From assembly GCA_008369845.1 (NCBI GenBank), contig MRSU01001426.1:1-48980 (forward strand): 48,980 nt of DNA. The letters are read 5' to 3'. The translations under genes and the position numbers were made by a program. Shown piece by piece: positions 10,805-21,082 of the stretch (its first letter is position 1; each line of letters begins with the position of its first letter). The notes beneath the pieces are model-generated. The model had not been told where the DNA came from. It saw only the letters and a program-made list of their open reading frames with translations, and did no database searches. Source of the stretch: Trichomonas gallinae. Lineage: Eukaryota.

Positions 10805-11790
10805 TCAAAAATGAGGCCAATCTTATTTTTAAAATTATTATTTTTATGTCTTTTCAAGGAATTATTAGTTGTTATTATATCAATAGCTTTGAGAGGGATT
10901 TCAATTTTTTACAATAATAGGTTACATGCACATCTTGTATAAGTGATAGCTGTTTAAAAATTGTAAAAATGCAGTTTTTCAATTGAAAATCATCGTTATT
11001 TTAATTTTAACTCCAACTCTTATCATTTATCAAAATTATGCAAATAAAAAATCGAAATCCGTTTTGAATTAATTGTCAAATGTCAGATTAAATTATTTAT
11101 TGGATTTCCTTATATATACCATCATTATGCATTGAATAATATTATTCCTGATGTCAAATAAGGCATATTATTGCAATCTATGTCGTCTTAATTAGATCTT
11201 TCATTAAATTTTAATAAGATTTTAAATTAATATTTAATTAATACACATTATACTGATGGAAACAGCATTATATGCACTTGAAAATAATAATACTCCGAGT
11301 CAAAATCCTAATATTGCTTTAATTTTCTTTAATCTATTACAAATGTCGAACTTCCTTCAATGGACAACATATAACGATTACATAAATACAATATGTTTAT
11401 CAATTATATAATTTGTCCATGATAGTTGAAATCTGTTTATTTAATTACAGTTTAAAATTCATATTGAAATATGAGAATTATATGTGAATTCAGCAATTGT
11501 ATTATATGATATGAGGGTAAAAACATGTATATATGATTAATGAAACAAATATATCAATTTAGCATCATTTTATCTCGAAAAAAATCAATTTTGAAACATA
11601 GATGTCAACATCATTCTAAATTTTAAAAATAAATTCTATACAATGACTACATAACTGTAATAAAATGATGCTAATTTTAGATTTTAGGAATTAAATATTA
11701 AATCAATTGATATTTTAAATATAAACTCTATATAATGAGTATATAACAATGATAAAACGCTAAAGCTGCTATATATATTTTATGAATTCA

Positions 11791-11953
11791 GATGGATTCA
11801 CCCCCTGTAATTTTATAATTTGATTATTGGAATGGATTCGGCCCCTGTAATTTTATAATTGAAAAATTTGAGATGGATTCGCCCCCTTTAATTTTATAAT
11901 TAAAAAATTTTGAAATGGAGTCACCCCCTTTAATTTGTAATGACGTTAAATAA
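11791..11953 (+). repeat. Four tandem copies of a 40-42 bp unit, ATGGA(T/G)TC(A/G)(C/G)CCCCT(G/T)TAATTT
   Basis: Unit ATGs at 11792, 11832, 11873 and 11915, read directly from the sequence. Confidence 0.92.
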
Positions 11954-11967
11954 CCTTAATAAGTTGA

Positions 11968-14900
11968 ATGAGTCACAGGAAGATTGGCGACGAATCCAGT
12001 GACAACTTCAAACAACTCGAGGACCAGTTATTTAAACAGTCGAACGACATCGAAGAGTTTATCGCGACTCATTCCAAATATCATAAACCTTCTCACACAT
12101 TCCAAGTGCTTCAGTCGCTTTACGACTTGTTTAAGCAGCAAATACAGATGTACAATGAGATTAAAGAGGTTTATATTAAGGAAAAACAAAGCTACACGCA
12201 GACAATAAATTCATTCCAGTTATTATTCACTTTTATTCACGAAGAATTCAACTACAAATGCGAAACTCCTGATTCCGTGATAAAGTTCATCAAAGAAAAA
12301 GTCAAAGGACAAAATAACGAAAGAAGTTTGAGACATCAAATCAAGAAACTGCAGAAAGAAAACGCACAGCTACAGTCTAGAGTCACAGAAAGTGACGACA
12401 ATTCAGATTTAAGGAAGAAAATACAACATTTGAATAAAAAATTCGACATTAAAAACGCAGAAATCGATCAATTTAAGCAGAAAATAACTGACCTCAAGGA
12501 GGAAATCGAGATTACAAAACAAGAAACTTCAAAAATCGAAATTGCTCCATCTTTCGAAATTAAGCAAGATGAAGTCAAATTCAGCCAATTATCTCAATTA
12601 ACTCGCGAAAATGCTCAATTACGCCAGAAGATTTCGATTCTAGAAGAAGAAGCGCAAAAATCTTTGGAAATTACTCAAGAAGATGCCAAAAAAGCAACGA
12701 CAATGGAACGAGAGCAGCAGTTACTACAAACACAACTCGCTGATGCCAATGAAGACATTAAAAACTTAAATGAAGAAATTCGGGTTGCAAATTCTAAACT
12801 GCAAAGCATAGAAAAGACAATGCGATCATTACAAAGGGAGAACTCCGAACTCAAAGCTATGCTTGACGAGAAAGAAATCGAACACGAAACAACGATAACA
12901 GAAATGAAGACAGAAATATCGAAATCTGACACTAATTTACGCAAAATTGCATCTCTTAACTCTAAAATAGAAGACTATCAAGAAGAAATTGAAAATATCA
13001 ATAAAGAATTAAATCAAGCTCATGAAGAATTGAGATCTGTTACATCTGAGAATGCCAGACTTAAGACTAAGATGAATGAATTTGAGAGAAGAGCTTCTCT
13101 TTTAGCAGAACGTCCATCAAAAGAACAATTAACTGTTTTAGAAGAAGAAAACGCCAGACTTAAATCAAAGATCAATGAGACGCAAGTTAAATACCAGCAA
13201 ACATTGGTGGATACTCAAAATGAGAATAAAGACCTCAGACAGACGATTGAAGAATTACAATCGCAAACGCTTCAGATATCGAAAGAAAGAACATCGTTTG
13301 AGCAAGAAAACAACGACTTAAAGCAGTTTGTGACACAAAACAATGACCTTAAGCAAGAAAATGAAAATCTCAAATCTAAATTGAAACAAGCTGAAGAGAA
13401 ATTAGCCAATACACTGCGTCTTCAACTTTCTTTCGAGAGAATCCAAAAGGAATACAATGATTTGAAGCAAGAAGTCCAAGAAAACGCAGAGAAGAATCGT
13501 TCTTCGATTTCTGCACTCAAGAAAGAAAACTCACAGCTTAAAAATACAATAGAAGACCTTGAAGAACAAGCACATGCCAGACAATCATCAATAGAACGTG
13601 AAAAAACGAATAATAAGAATTTGAAATCAACAATCGAAGAGCTTCAGAACCAATCAATGGAGAATTCTAGATTGCTTGAAAAGATGAAAGCCGAAAACGA
13701 ACAACTCAAGCAAAACTACGAAGAAGCACAGTCTAAATCACAATTAGCGACATCACAGCAACGTTCTCTTGATAGACTCAAGGCAGAAAATGGAGAGCTT
13801 CGTGACACGATTGAAGATCTTCAGAGCCAGGTCCAGCAAAACGATTCGCAGCAGAAAATTTTGCAGAAATTAAAGATCGAAAACGAAGAACTCAAAGCAG
13901 AGCTTGAAACAAAGACAAACAGGTCATTAGACAGGCTCAGGAATGAAAATGTGGCCCTCAAGTCGCAGTTAAATGAGTTAGAAGCTAAAACAAAACAAAA
14001 TGATTCGCAATTACGAAAAATGTCACAAGAAAACGAAGAATTGAGGCATACAATAGAAGATCTCGAAGGCCAGTCAATGCAGTGGACCAGCAAACAGAAA
14101 TCTATTGACAGATTGCGACAAGAAAACGAAGATCTCCGCGAAAAAATCGAACAACTGCAAAACCAGAAGAATTACAAGGCAGAAAACGCCGAGCTCAAGG
14201 AGAGAATAGAAGAATTCCAAAGCCAGAGAAGTTCCACAATCAAACTCAAAGCGGAAAACTCAGAACTCAAAGAGAAAGTTGAAGAAATAACAAATTCACT
14301 AGATGCGATTAAAGCCGAAAACAGAGAACTCAAAATTAAAAACAGAGAATATATAGAGAGCACGCAGCTGAAGTCCATTGACGTAGACACAGAGACAATA
14401 GATCAATTAACGAAAGAAAACAGCGAATTAAGGAGAAGATTGTCGCACGCTTCGAATAAAAGTGATAACGAAAAAGCTCAACTCATTGAACAAGTCACTA
14501 CACTTAAAGAGAAGAACATTGAGCTGCTAATCAAGCTCAGGAAGATGATGGAGGACCAGGAGAATAACGAAGAAGTAGATGAGCTAAGGAAAACAGTGTC
14601 AGATCTAAAAATTAAACTTGAAAATGGAAAACAAAATGAAACAAAACAATCTAAAATCATCAGCGAAAACAGAGAGCTAAAGATAGAAGTAGAAACATTA
14701 AAGAGGACAATAACCGACTATGAGAAGCTCATTGAGTACGAAAGACTAAAGAAAGTTGACTTAAATGAAGACAAAACAAGAATTTCGAGGCTCATTGATG
14801 AAAACAATGATTTGAAAGGTGTCATAAAAGACTTGACAGCGAAACTTAATGAAAGGAAGGAATACGCAGAAGGAGTGAGAAGAAGGATAGAATCAATTGA

Positions 14901-15324
14901 AGCTAAAATAGGCTACGTTGCAAACGAATTCACGAACTACAAACAGAGAAAATCGCAAAATTTGTCATTCGAACTGAATAATGATGAAATAAGGAACTTG
15001 CAGCGAGAAAACCAGAGGCTTGTTTCTCTTGTTTCTAAGCTGAAATGTGAGATTGTTAGCATTCGTAACATTGCTGCTCAGCAGACTTCTAAGCAGGTTT
15101 TGTCTCAAGAAGACATCAAAGAGATAATAAGAGCGTTCGAAGAGCTTAGATATGCTGTTGGATCTTCAGAGAATGACTCTGCAAGCACTGTTGTGAGAAA
15201 TGTTCTACGCATGATTCACAAGAGGTCTCCAGCTGCTGTCCCTGAGGATAACTTGCAGCATCAAGTTAATATGCTTCGTGCAGAATTAGAATCACTTGAT
15301 AGTGAAATTAATCGTTGTGTTTAA
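11968..15324 (+). CDS. Long coiled-coil protein (cytoskeletal/structural type)
   Basis: 1118 aa, E/K/Q/L-rich heptads throughout; internal module ENxELRxTIEDLQSQ repeated about 7 times; no catalytic motif seen. Confidence 0.88.
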   Translation: MSHRKIGDESSDNFKQLEDQLFKQSNDIEEFIATHSKYHKPSHTFQVLQSLYDLFKQQIQMYNEIKEVYIKEKQSYTQTINSFQLLFTFIHEEFNYKCETPDSVIKFIKEKVKGQNNERSLRHQIKKLQKENAQLQSRVTESDDNSDLRKKIQHLNKKFDIKNAEIDQFKQKITDLKEEIEITKQETSKIEIAPSFEIKQDEVKFSQLSQLTRENAQLRQKISILEEEAQKSLEITQEDAKKATTMEREQQLLQTQLADANEDIKNLNEEIRVANSKLQSIEKTMRSLQRENSELKAMLDEKEIEHETTITEMKTEISKSDTNLRKIASLNSKIEDYQEEIENINKELNQAHEELRSVTSENARLKTKMNEFERRASLLAERPSKEQLTVLEEENARLKSKINETQVKYQQTLVDTQNENKDLRQTIEELQSQTLQISKERTSFEQENNDLKQFVTQNNDLKQENENLKSKLKQAEEKLANTLRLQLSFERIQKEYNDLKQEVQENAEKNRSSISALKKENSQLKNTIEDLEEQAHARQSSIEREKTNNKNLKSTIEELQNQSMENSRLLEKMKAENEQLKQNYEEAQSKSQLATSQQRSLDRLKAENGELRDTIEDLQSQVQQNDSQQKILQKLKIENEELKAELETKTNRSLDRLRNENVALKSQLNELEAKTKQNDSQLRKMSQENEELRHTIEDLEGQSMQWTSKQKSIDRLRQENEDLREKIEQLQNQKNYKAENAELKERIEEFQSQRSSTIKLKAENSELKEKVEEITNSLDAIKAENRELKIKNREYIESTQLKSIDVDTETIDQLTKENSELRRRLSHASNKSDNEKAQLIEQVTTLKEKNIELLIKLRKMMEDQENNEEVDELRKTVSDLKIKLENGKQNETKQSKIISENRELKIEVETLKRTITDYEKLIEYERLKKVDLNEDKTRISRLIDENNDLKGVIKDLTAKLNERKEYAEGVRRRIESIEAKIGYVANEFTNYKQRKSQNLSFELNNDEIRNLQRENQRLVSLVSKLKCEIVSIRNIAAQQTSKQVLSQEDIKEIIRAFEELRYAVGSSENDSASTVVRNVLRMIHKRSPAAVPEDNLQHQVNMLRAELESLDSEINRCV

Positions 15325-15912
15325 ATATATTTTATTTATTTGCATATTTTTATCATGATTTTTCATTTCTTTTCAATAATTATAGTCTCTAGGAAAACCT
15401 GTTAATATTAATACCAAAAAGTCACAATTGAAGAATTAATTGTTGGATAAAGCTCACTATGAGATTTGCAAAAAATAAAAATGTATCAGAGGAATGTAAT
15501 ACATTTCGATGAAATAATTATTTGCTAAGTATTTGGTTGGAATAATCATAATAATATGATATTTGCAAATTTATTCTCATAATACATCATTTTGATATCA
15601 ATGCAGTTTTGATTGATGCTTCAGAAAATGGACAACATTATAACAATTGCCAAGCTTTCCTTTAAAATATAGAAAGAAAGATTTCCTTTAGGATAATCCT
15701 ATATATGGTAACAATCAAGCCTCGATGAATGAAAATAATAATAAAAAAAATTTTTTCATCATTCAAATTTTGTGAACTTTTAACGTTCATCGACTTTTTA
15801 TATATTTTGTCGAATGTTTTGTTCGACAAAATAAGTAAGAATTTTTAAACTTGGTAAATTTAAAAAGTGTCAATGCAAATAAAAGTGATAAAATTATAAA
15901 AAGTGACAATGT

Positions 15913-17793
15913 ATGCTGAAACGATTTGATTTTTATGAAAACATAGGAAAAAATGTCACTATTTTCTTGAATTATGTCAAAAGAACACAGCAAAACATCC
16001 AAGATACAGATCTAGAGCGCCTAAAGTTATGGGCGGAAGAAGAATTCGTAAAAGTCAAATGCGTTAAGCAATCGCCAAACAGACCAACGTCAGACATCAT
16101 ATCAGTTTTCAATAAATGGAAATACCAGCAATCTGATGATGTTATTTTCCAAAAATATCGAATATCAGAAATAAAAAAATCAAAGGCAGGCGTTGATTAC
16201 TTGAAAATACAATTATCGAATACAAATGATACAGTAAATATGAGTATACCTAGTCATTTCCTCGAAAAGTATCCTAACGTTTTTATTCCAGGAAGAATTA
16301 TATGCATGAACGTATTTAAAGCAACAATGAGTTTGACTGCTATTCCAACAGCATTTGTTGTCGAACTAACATCGAATGACAATGCTTTTATCAATGAATT
16401 ATTTAGTTTTGAAAATGAAGATTATAACCTTAAATTCGAAATCATCCAGAAGAACGAATATGGATTTAAAATCGACAACGAAGGCTTCGAATTCACTCTT
16501 AGTCTCCCAGCTACACATAACCACTTAAGAGGTTTATTGAATGAAGGTGACTCAGTTGCTGTCTCAAATATATTGCACATAGATGATCCTTCAGGTCTTT
16601 ATTTCACTGTGGATACTAATTCTATGTTTTTCAGACTGCCAACGAACCCGCATGATTCTAGATACTTTAGATTATCGTTATATGGCAGGATAAACTCAAT
16701 TGCAGTTGACACAGATTTAAAAGGAGCGAAAGTAACACTCAAAGATGAAAGAAAAGGGAATTTTTCGATTGTTACTCTTTCTAATTCAATCTCCATGAGT
16801 CAGAGAGATATTTTGATGCACTGCCGCGTCGGACAGTTAATATGGATGTTTGGAATATCATGGAACGACTCAATAGAATATAAATTTGATGGAATTAGTA
16901 GAATTTACAATCTAGATAAAACTCCATCATTCTATTTTTCATCGCAAAGAAGGCCTGTTTCTATTAAAAGGCTTGTGATGACCGAGAATTCTGAATTAAT
17001 AGAAGCTACTATCGTTAAGGCTCGTTTCTTTCCTGTTGACATCCATACAAACTGCGGATGTGTTTTAACGAACAAAAAGTGTCTATTCTGCAACACACAA
17101 ATTCATGAAGATGAAGAATCCACAGAAAAATTATTGTTGATTTTAACCCTCGATGATGGAACAGCACAGATTAAAGCTGTTGGTATATCAGAGGATCTTG
17201 AAATGTGTCCAATAACAATCATTGATTATATCGACAAAGAACTAACTGAAGGTGAAGTTATCGAAAGAACGAAACGAATACATGAAGAAAATCAAAGTGA
17301 ATTTGAGAATAAAATCAAAGTGAAAAAGAAAGATAATAAGCAGCAAAAGGTTGATGATATGATCAAAGCGCTTTCAAGCATTGGTGTCACAATAGATAGG
17401 GAAGACGTTGAAAGCGAAGTTGGCGTTGAAGAAGAAGATAGAGAAGACATCGCAATAAGGATGCGCAACTTGTTTATATCACAACAGAGTGTTCAAGTCA
17501 TCAATGAAAACATTGCAAACGAAGGAAGAAAAATATATATGGAATATCAAGAGAATTGGATGAAGAAAGTTGGCAAATTAGTCGGACAAACTTTTGTTTT
17601 TGGAATTTCTCGCCAAAACTTTGAAGAGTTTGGAGACGAGGCTAAACTTATAGAATGGCGCATAGACTTTGCAGCGAGACCTGGTTTAGTGAATTCGATC
17701 GATTTCTTGATGGCAGATTTGAATAATAATCGCGAACATCAAGAATTTGAAATGATGTTCACAGAATCAACAAAGATGGACTCTAATCAATAA
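15913..17793 (+). CDS. Multi-OB-fold nucleic-acid-binding protein with Zn-ribbon-containing C-terminal OB domain (RPA70C/Cdc24-OB-like)
   Basis: HTNCGC...CLFC followed by LLLILTLDDGTAQIKAVG; upstream OB-like segments LYGRINSIAV...VTLKDE and CRVGQLIWMFGI; AAAAGTGAC at 15899-15907. Confidence 0.7.
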   Translation: MLKRFDFYENIGKNVTIFLNYVKRTQQNIQDTDLERLKLWAEEEFVKVKCVKQSPNRPTSDIISVFNKWKYQQSDDVIFQKYRISEIKKSKAGVDYLKIQLSNTNDTVNMSIPSHFLEKYPNVFIPGRIICMNVFKATMSLTAIPTAFVVELTSNDNAFINELFSFENEDYNLKFEIIQKNEYGFKIDNEGFEFTLSLPATHNHLRGLLNEGDSVAVSNILHIDDPSGLYFTVDTNSMFFRLPTNPHDSRYFRLSLYGRINSIAVDTDLKGAKVTLKDERKGNFSIVTLSNSISMSQRDILMHCRVGQLIWMFGISWNDSIEYKFDGISRIYNLDKTPSFYFSSQRRPVSIKRLVMTENSELIEATIVKARFFPVDIHTNCGCVLTNKKCLFCNTQIHEDEESTEKLLLILTLDDGTAQIKAVGISEDLEMCPITIIDYIDKELTEGEVIERTKRIHEENQSEFENKIKVKKKDNKQQKVDDMIKALSSIGVTIDREDVESEVGVEEEDREDIAIRMRNLFISQQSVQVINENIANEGRKIYMEYQENWMKKVGKLVGQTFVFGISRQNFEEFGDEAKLIEWRIDFAARPGLVNSIDFLMADLNNNREHQEFEMMFTESTKMDSNQ

Positions 17794-17861
17794 TATTTTA
17801 TATAAATGTTTGTGTTTTTATAGTAAAAAAATAATATTTTTTTATCGCTTATAAACTGCTT

Positions 17862-18323
17862 TTATTTACTATTGTATGGAGCAAACTTGCCCTGTTTCTT
17901 CTGTCTGTCGTTCTTTGGTGCAACAAATGTTTCAGCAGTTGTATTAACAGCTTTTTGGGCGTTGTTGATATTGAAAGAATCGGCAATAATGAAATAGCGT
18001 TTAGCAGCCTTTTCAGCGAGAACGAATGTTTGATTGAATAATTCGGTCTCGTTTTCATTCAATATGTAGCCATTGGTATTAATTAATATTTGGCCATTTA
18101 ATGGGAGAATATTGTAACCTGTCATTACTATCTCGCAGCCTGTTGGTATTTTAATCACTAACTCGTTAGAAGCCTCAGATAATTTCTTTCCAACTTGTGT
18201 GTTCATTGTAGAACGCCAAATATTGGCATCATTGTCGTAATACTTCTTAATATCGTCAGGATTGTATGCAAGCGATGTGTAATATGATGAAATAAAGTGA
18301 TATCCTACTTCGTTTTCTTGCAT
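17862..18323 (-). CDS. NTF2-domain protein (G3BP/NTF2-like)
   Basis: VGYHFISSYYTSLAYNPDDIKKYY, ILINTNGYI, FNQTFVLA, YFIIADSF match the NTF2 fold; AAAAGTGAC-AA-ATG start context. Confidence 0.88.
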   Translation of the reverse strand: MQENEVGYHFISSYYTSLAYNPDDIKKYYDNDANIWRSTMNTQVGKKLSEASNELVIKIPTGCEIVMTGYNILPLNGQILINTNGYILNENETELFNQTFVLAEKAAKRYFIIADSFNINNAQKAVNTTAETFVAPKNDRQKKQGKFAPYNSK

Positions 18324-19031
18324 TTGTCACTTTTGGTCGGTCATCATTTTTAGACTAATCGAAATTTTTATTTCATTGGATTTATAACAGTCTAAAAATC
18401 TTATTTAATATATTATTTTTGTTTTCGGCAAAATTTCTTGCTAATCCAATATGATTTAGAGCTTTTTATTATGATATTTTATTTTGGATTGCTTTTATGC
18501 ATGTAAATATTATATTTAAAATGATAGGAAAATTAATTTTAAACAGAAATGGTCGAATGTCATGTAAAATTTTATATTGTCAAAATACATTCAAGAGTTG
18601 ATAAAATAACAAAGCATCCATATAATGTGCTATTAAATCAATGTGGATCACCAACATTAGTTACATATCAAGCATGTTAAAATCCATTTATAATTGGAAG
18701 ATTTTTGATGTTCTATTAACGAATAGTTTTTTTGCATATATACAATTGAATATTTCAAATAGTTGTTAGCTAGTGCGTGCAAATTGTATTATATGTATTG
18801 ATATAATAACATCTTATTCCACAACTCGAAGGTCTCATTATGAAATGTTAGATGTCAAAAAAATCCTTACATGGGAAATTCAAACCGTTATTGTAATTTG
18901 ACATGTAAAGTCAAAAAAATATTTCCGATGCAAAATTCAAAAATTTAACACGAAAAGTGAATATAATTGGATACTGTATCGATATTTTGGATCAATTCGG
19001 TTTATTGTAAAATAACGTGAAAAATTGTCAA

Positions 19032-19577
19032 ATGTCTGCAACTCCGGAAAAACCAGCAGCGCCGCAGAGAACAATTGCTGACCTCACTGAGGAACAGAAG
19101 CAGGAAATACGTGAAGCCTTTGATCAGTTCGATACTGATGGCTCTGGCTCCATTGACGCTAAAGAACTCAAAGTTGCAATGAGAGCTCTAGGCTTCGAAT
19201 TACCACGCGATGAAATCAAGAAAATGATCACTGCTGTTGCAGGAAATGCTGTTTCGGCTATTGATTTTAATCAATTTATGGAAATGATGGGTCAGAAAAT
19301 TTTGGATAGAGACCCACTTACAGAAATCCTTAAAGCATTCGATCTTTTCGATAAAGACCACAATGGATCAATTTCGCTTAAAGATCTCAAAGCAGCAACA
19401 ATCGAATTAGGTGAAAACCTTACAGATGATGAATTACGTGAAATGATTCGCGAGGCAGACCGTGATTTTGATGGTGAAGTCGGTAAAAACGAATTTGTTG
19501 AAGTTATGAAGAAATCTGGTTTGTTTGGAACATTTGATGACGAAACATCACGTAACACATCGCGCAGTAAGAAGTAA
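19032..19577 (+). CDS. Centrin (caltractin) family EF-hand protein
   Basis: [39 protein letters not shown] and [26 protein letters not shown]; track start 19017 is GTG, first ATG is 19032. Confidence 0.95.
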   Translation: MSATPEKPAAPQRTIADLTEEQKQEIREAFDQFDTDGSGSIDAKELKVAMRALGFELPRDEIKKMITAVAGNAVSAIDFNQFMEMMGQKILDRDPLTEILKAFDLFDKDHNGSISLKDLKAATIELGENLTDDELREMIREADRDFDGEVGKNEFVEVMKKSGLFGTFDDETSRNTSRSKK

Positions 19578-19790
19578 TTTGTAATTTATCAGCATTTCTT
19601 CATATTATTAAAATTCCGAAAATATCTTTGTTTGAATTTGCCAAAATAAGTTTAATTAGGGAATCTCGTTATTATCGGTTGAAATCCAAATATTAAATAA
19701 TATTTTACAAGAAATTTTATCATTTTTGTTTTCAATGTGTAGTAACATTATTATTAGTTTCAGTAAAATAAATATTAATAGTGAAGAAGC

Positions 19791-21029
19791 TTAGAACATC
19801 TTCTTCTTAATATTTGCAATTGTTGGGCGAATAAGTTGGACTAATGTGGCTCCACTTGTCGAACCAGCATCACCGATGAAGAGCCATGTAGATGTTGCAG
19901 TAAGGTGATACTTTTCTTTGAAGAGCTGGCCGATAAGCTTTGTAGATTGTACATAAAGGCCGCCATTTGCCCAAGAGAAACAGAAAGCAGCAAATGGAGC
20001 GATTTCTGGGATGAGAGAAAGATTGATGACGAATCCGAAGCAAAGGAGGAAGAAGAACCAAATCGGATTAATGATTCTCTTCTTATCCATGACCTTACGG
20101 GAGAAGAAATCTCCGCAGAAGGATCCGATGTTGTAAATGGTGATGAAAAGATCGTGATGGATTGAAAATCCGAAGAGATGGAAATTAACGCGTGTTGCAT
20201 AAGCATATAATGTGCAACCTGGGTTGAATAATGATAAGCACATCATATTGACTAAGAAAACAATAGAAACAAATGCAATCTTCGGGAACCATTCTCTGAT
20301 ATTGCAAATATCTCTACCGAAATCTTTGAGGTTGAATGTAGACTGCTTGTTGCCGTGCTTCTTGACTTCTGGGAAGATTGTAAGATGATATAAGATGATA
20401 GAACCGATCAAGCAGCAACCTGTTAAAATGTAAAATGTTTGGAATGGAACTCCAAGGCCCATCAAGCCGAAACCACCCATTGTGATGATAGCGACACCGA
20501 CAGGCATAGCTAAAACGACCCATAAACGTGTCTGGCCCATATCATTAACGACATTAAGCATATTTGGACCGAATGAGCCTTCACAGACACCGCAGAAGCA
20601 GAATGGAAGGAAAGCTAAGCCAACTGGAAGTGGATGCTGATGATCTTGGTTCTGGAAAGATAAAACTGTGAACAAAGCCATACCAATGAGCATGGATGAG
20701 AGAGAAGCTGTAATACGCCACTTTGGAGAAAGGCAGCCGAAAACAATGTTGTGACCAAGGACACGGAAAAGTAAATTGAATAAGAAAACGCAAGATGTAG
20801 CAAAACCGTAGATATATGATAGTGAGTCTCCAGAAGCGCCTTCTACGAGACCGAAAATGAATGAAAGTCTATGCTGCAAAGAGAAACAACAAGCATAACC
20901 CATGAAAACTGGAAGTGTGATAAAGAAACCACTGTAGAAAGTGTTCTTCTTAGCTTGATCTTCATTTGATGTAAGTAGGAGGTCCGATTCCGTCTGGGAA
21001 GCGGAAAAGCCGTCCATTTCCTTTTTCAT
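19791..21029 (-). CDS. CLN3/battenin-like multi-pass MFS-type membrane protein
   Basis: About 10-11 hydrophobic segments; motifs LPVFMGYACCFSLQ, YNIGSFCGDFFSRK, WANGGLY, WLFIGDAGS; start re-assigned to ATG 21029 (or 21017) below two GTCACTTTT elements. Confidence 0.72.
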   Translation of the reverse strand: MKKEMDGFSASQTESDLLLTSNEDQAKKNTFYSGFFITLPVFMGYACCFSLQHRLSFIFGLVEGASGDSLSYIYGFATSCVFLFNLLFRVLGHNIVFGCLSPKWRITASLSSMLIGMALFTVLSFQNQDHQHPLPVGLAFLPFCFCGVCEGSFGPNMLNVVNDMGQTRLWVVLAMPVGVAIITMGGFGLMGLGVPFQTFYILTGCCLIGSIILYHLTIFPEVKKHGNKQSTFNLKDFGRDICNIREWFPKIAFVSIVFLVNMMCLSLFNPGCTLYAYATRVNFHLFGFSIHHDLFITIYNIGSFCGDFFSRKVMDKKRIINPIWFFFLLCFGFVINLSLIPEIAPFAAFCFSWANGGLYVQSTKLIGQLFKEKYHLTATSTWLFIGDAGSTSGATLVQLIRPTIANIKKKMF

Positions 21030-21045
21030 TTTTTTGAATCTGCAA

Positions 21046-21082
21046 AAAAGTGACAGTTGTGGTTCAACCGCTGAAAAGTGAC
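21046..21082 (-). promoter_or_regulatory. Two GTCACTTTT (Inr-like) elements flanking a Myb-type site AGCGGTTG
   Basis: Plus strand AAAAGTGAC at 21046-21054 and 21074-21082, CAACCGCT at 21065-21072. Confidence 0.55.

Noticed and set aside
10857..11026. Alternative RhoGEF 5' end from ATG 11026 (MIRVGVKIK...)
   Set aside because: Needs two frameshifts through AT-rich DNA; the Inr-linked ATG 10804 needs only one
11791..11953. CRISPR-like repeat-spacer reading of the 41-bp array
   Set aside because: Linkers are only 13-15 nt and related to each other, repeats are imperfect, no cas genes, eukaryotic context
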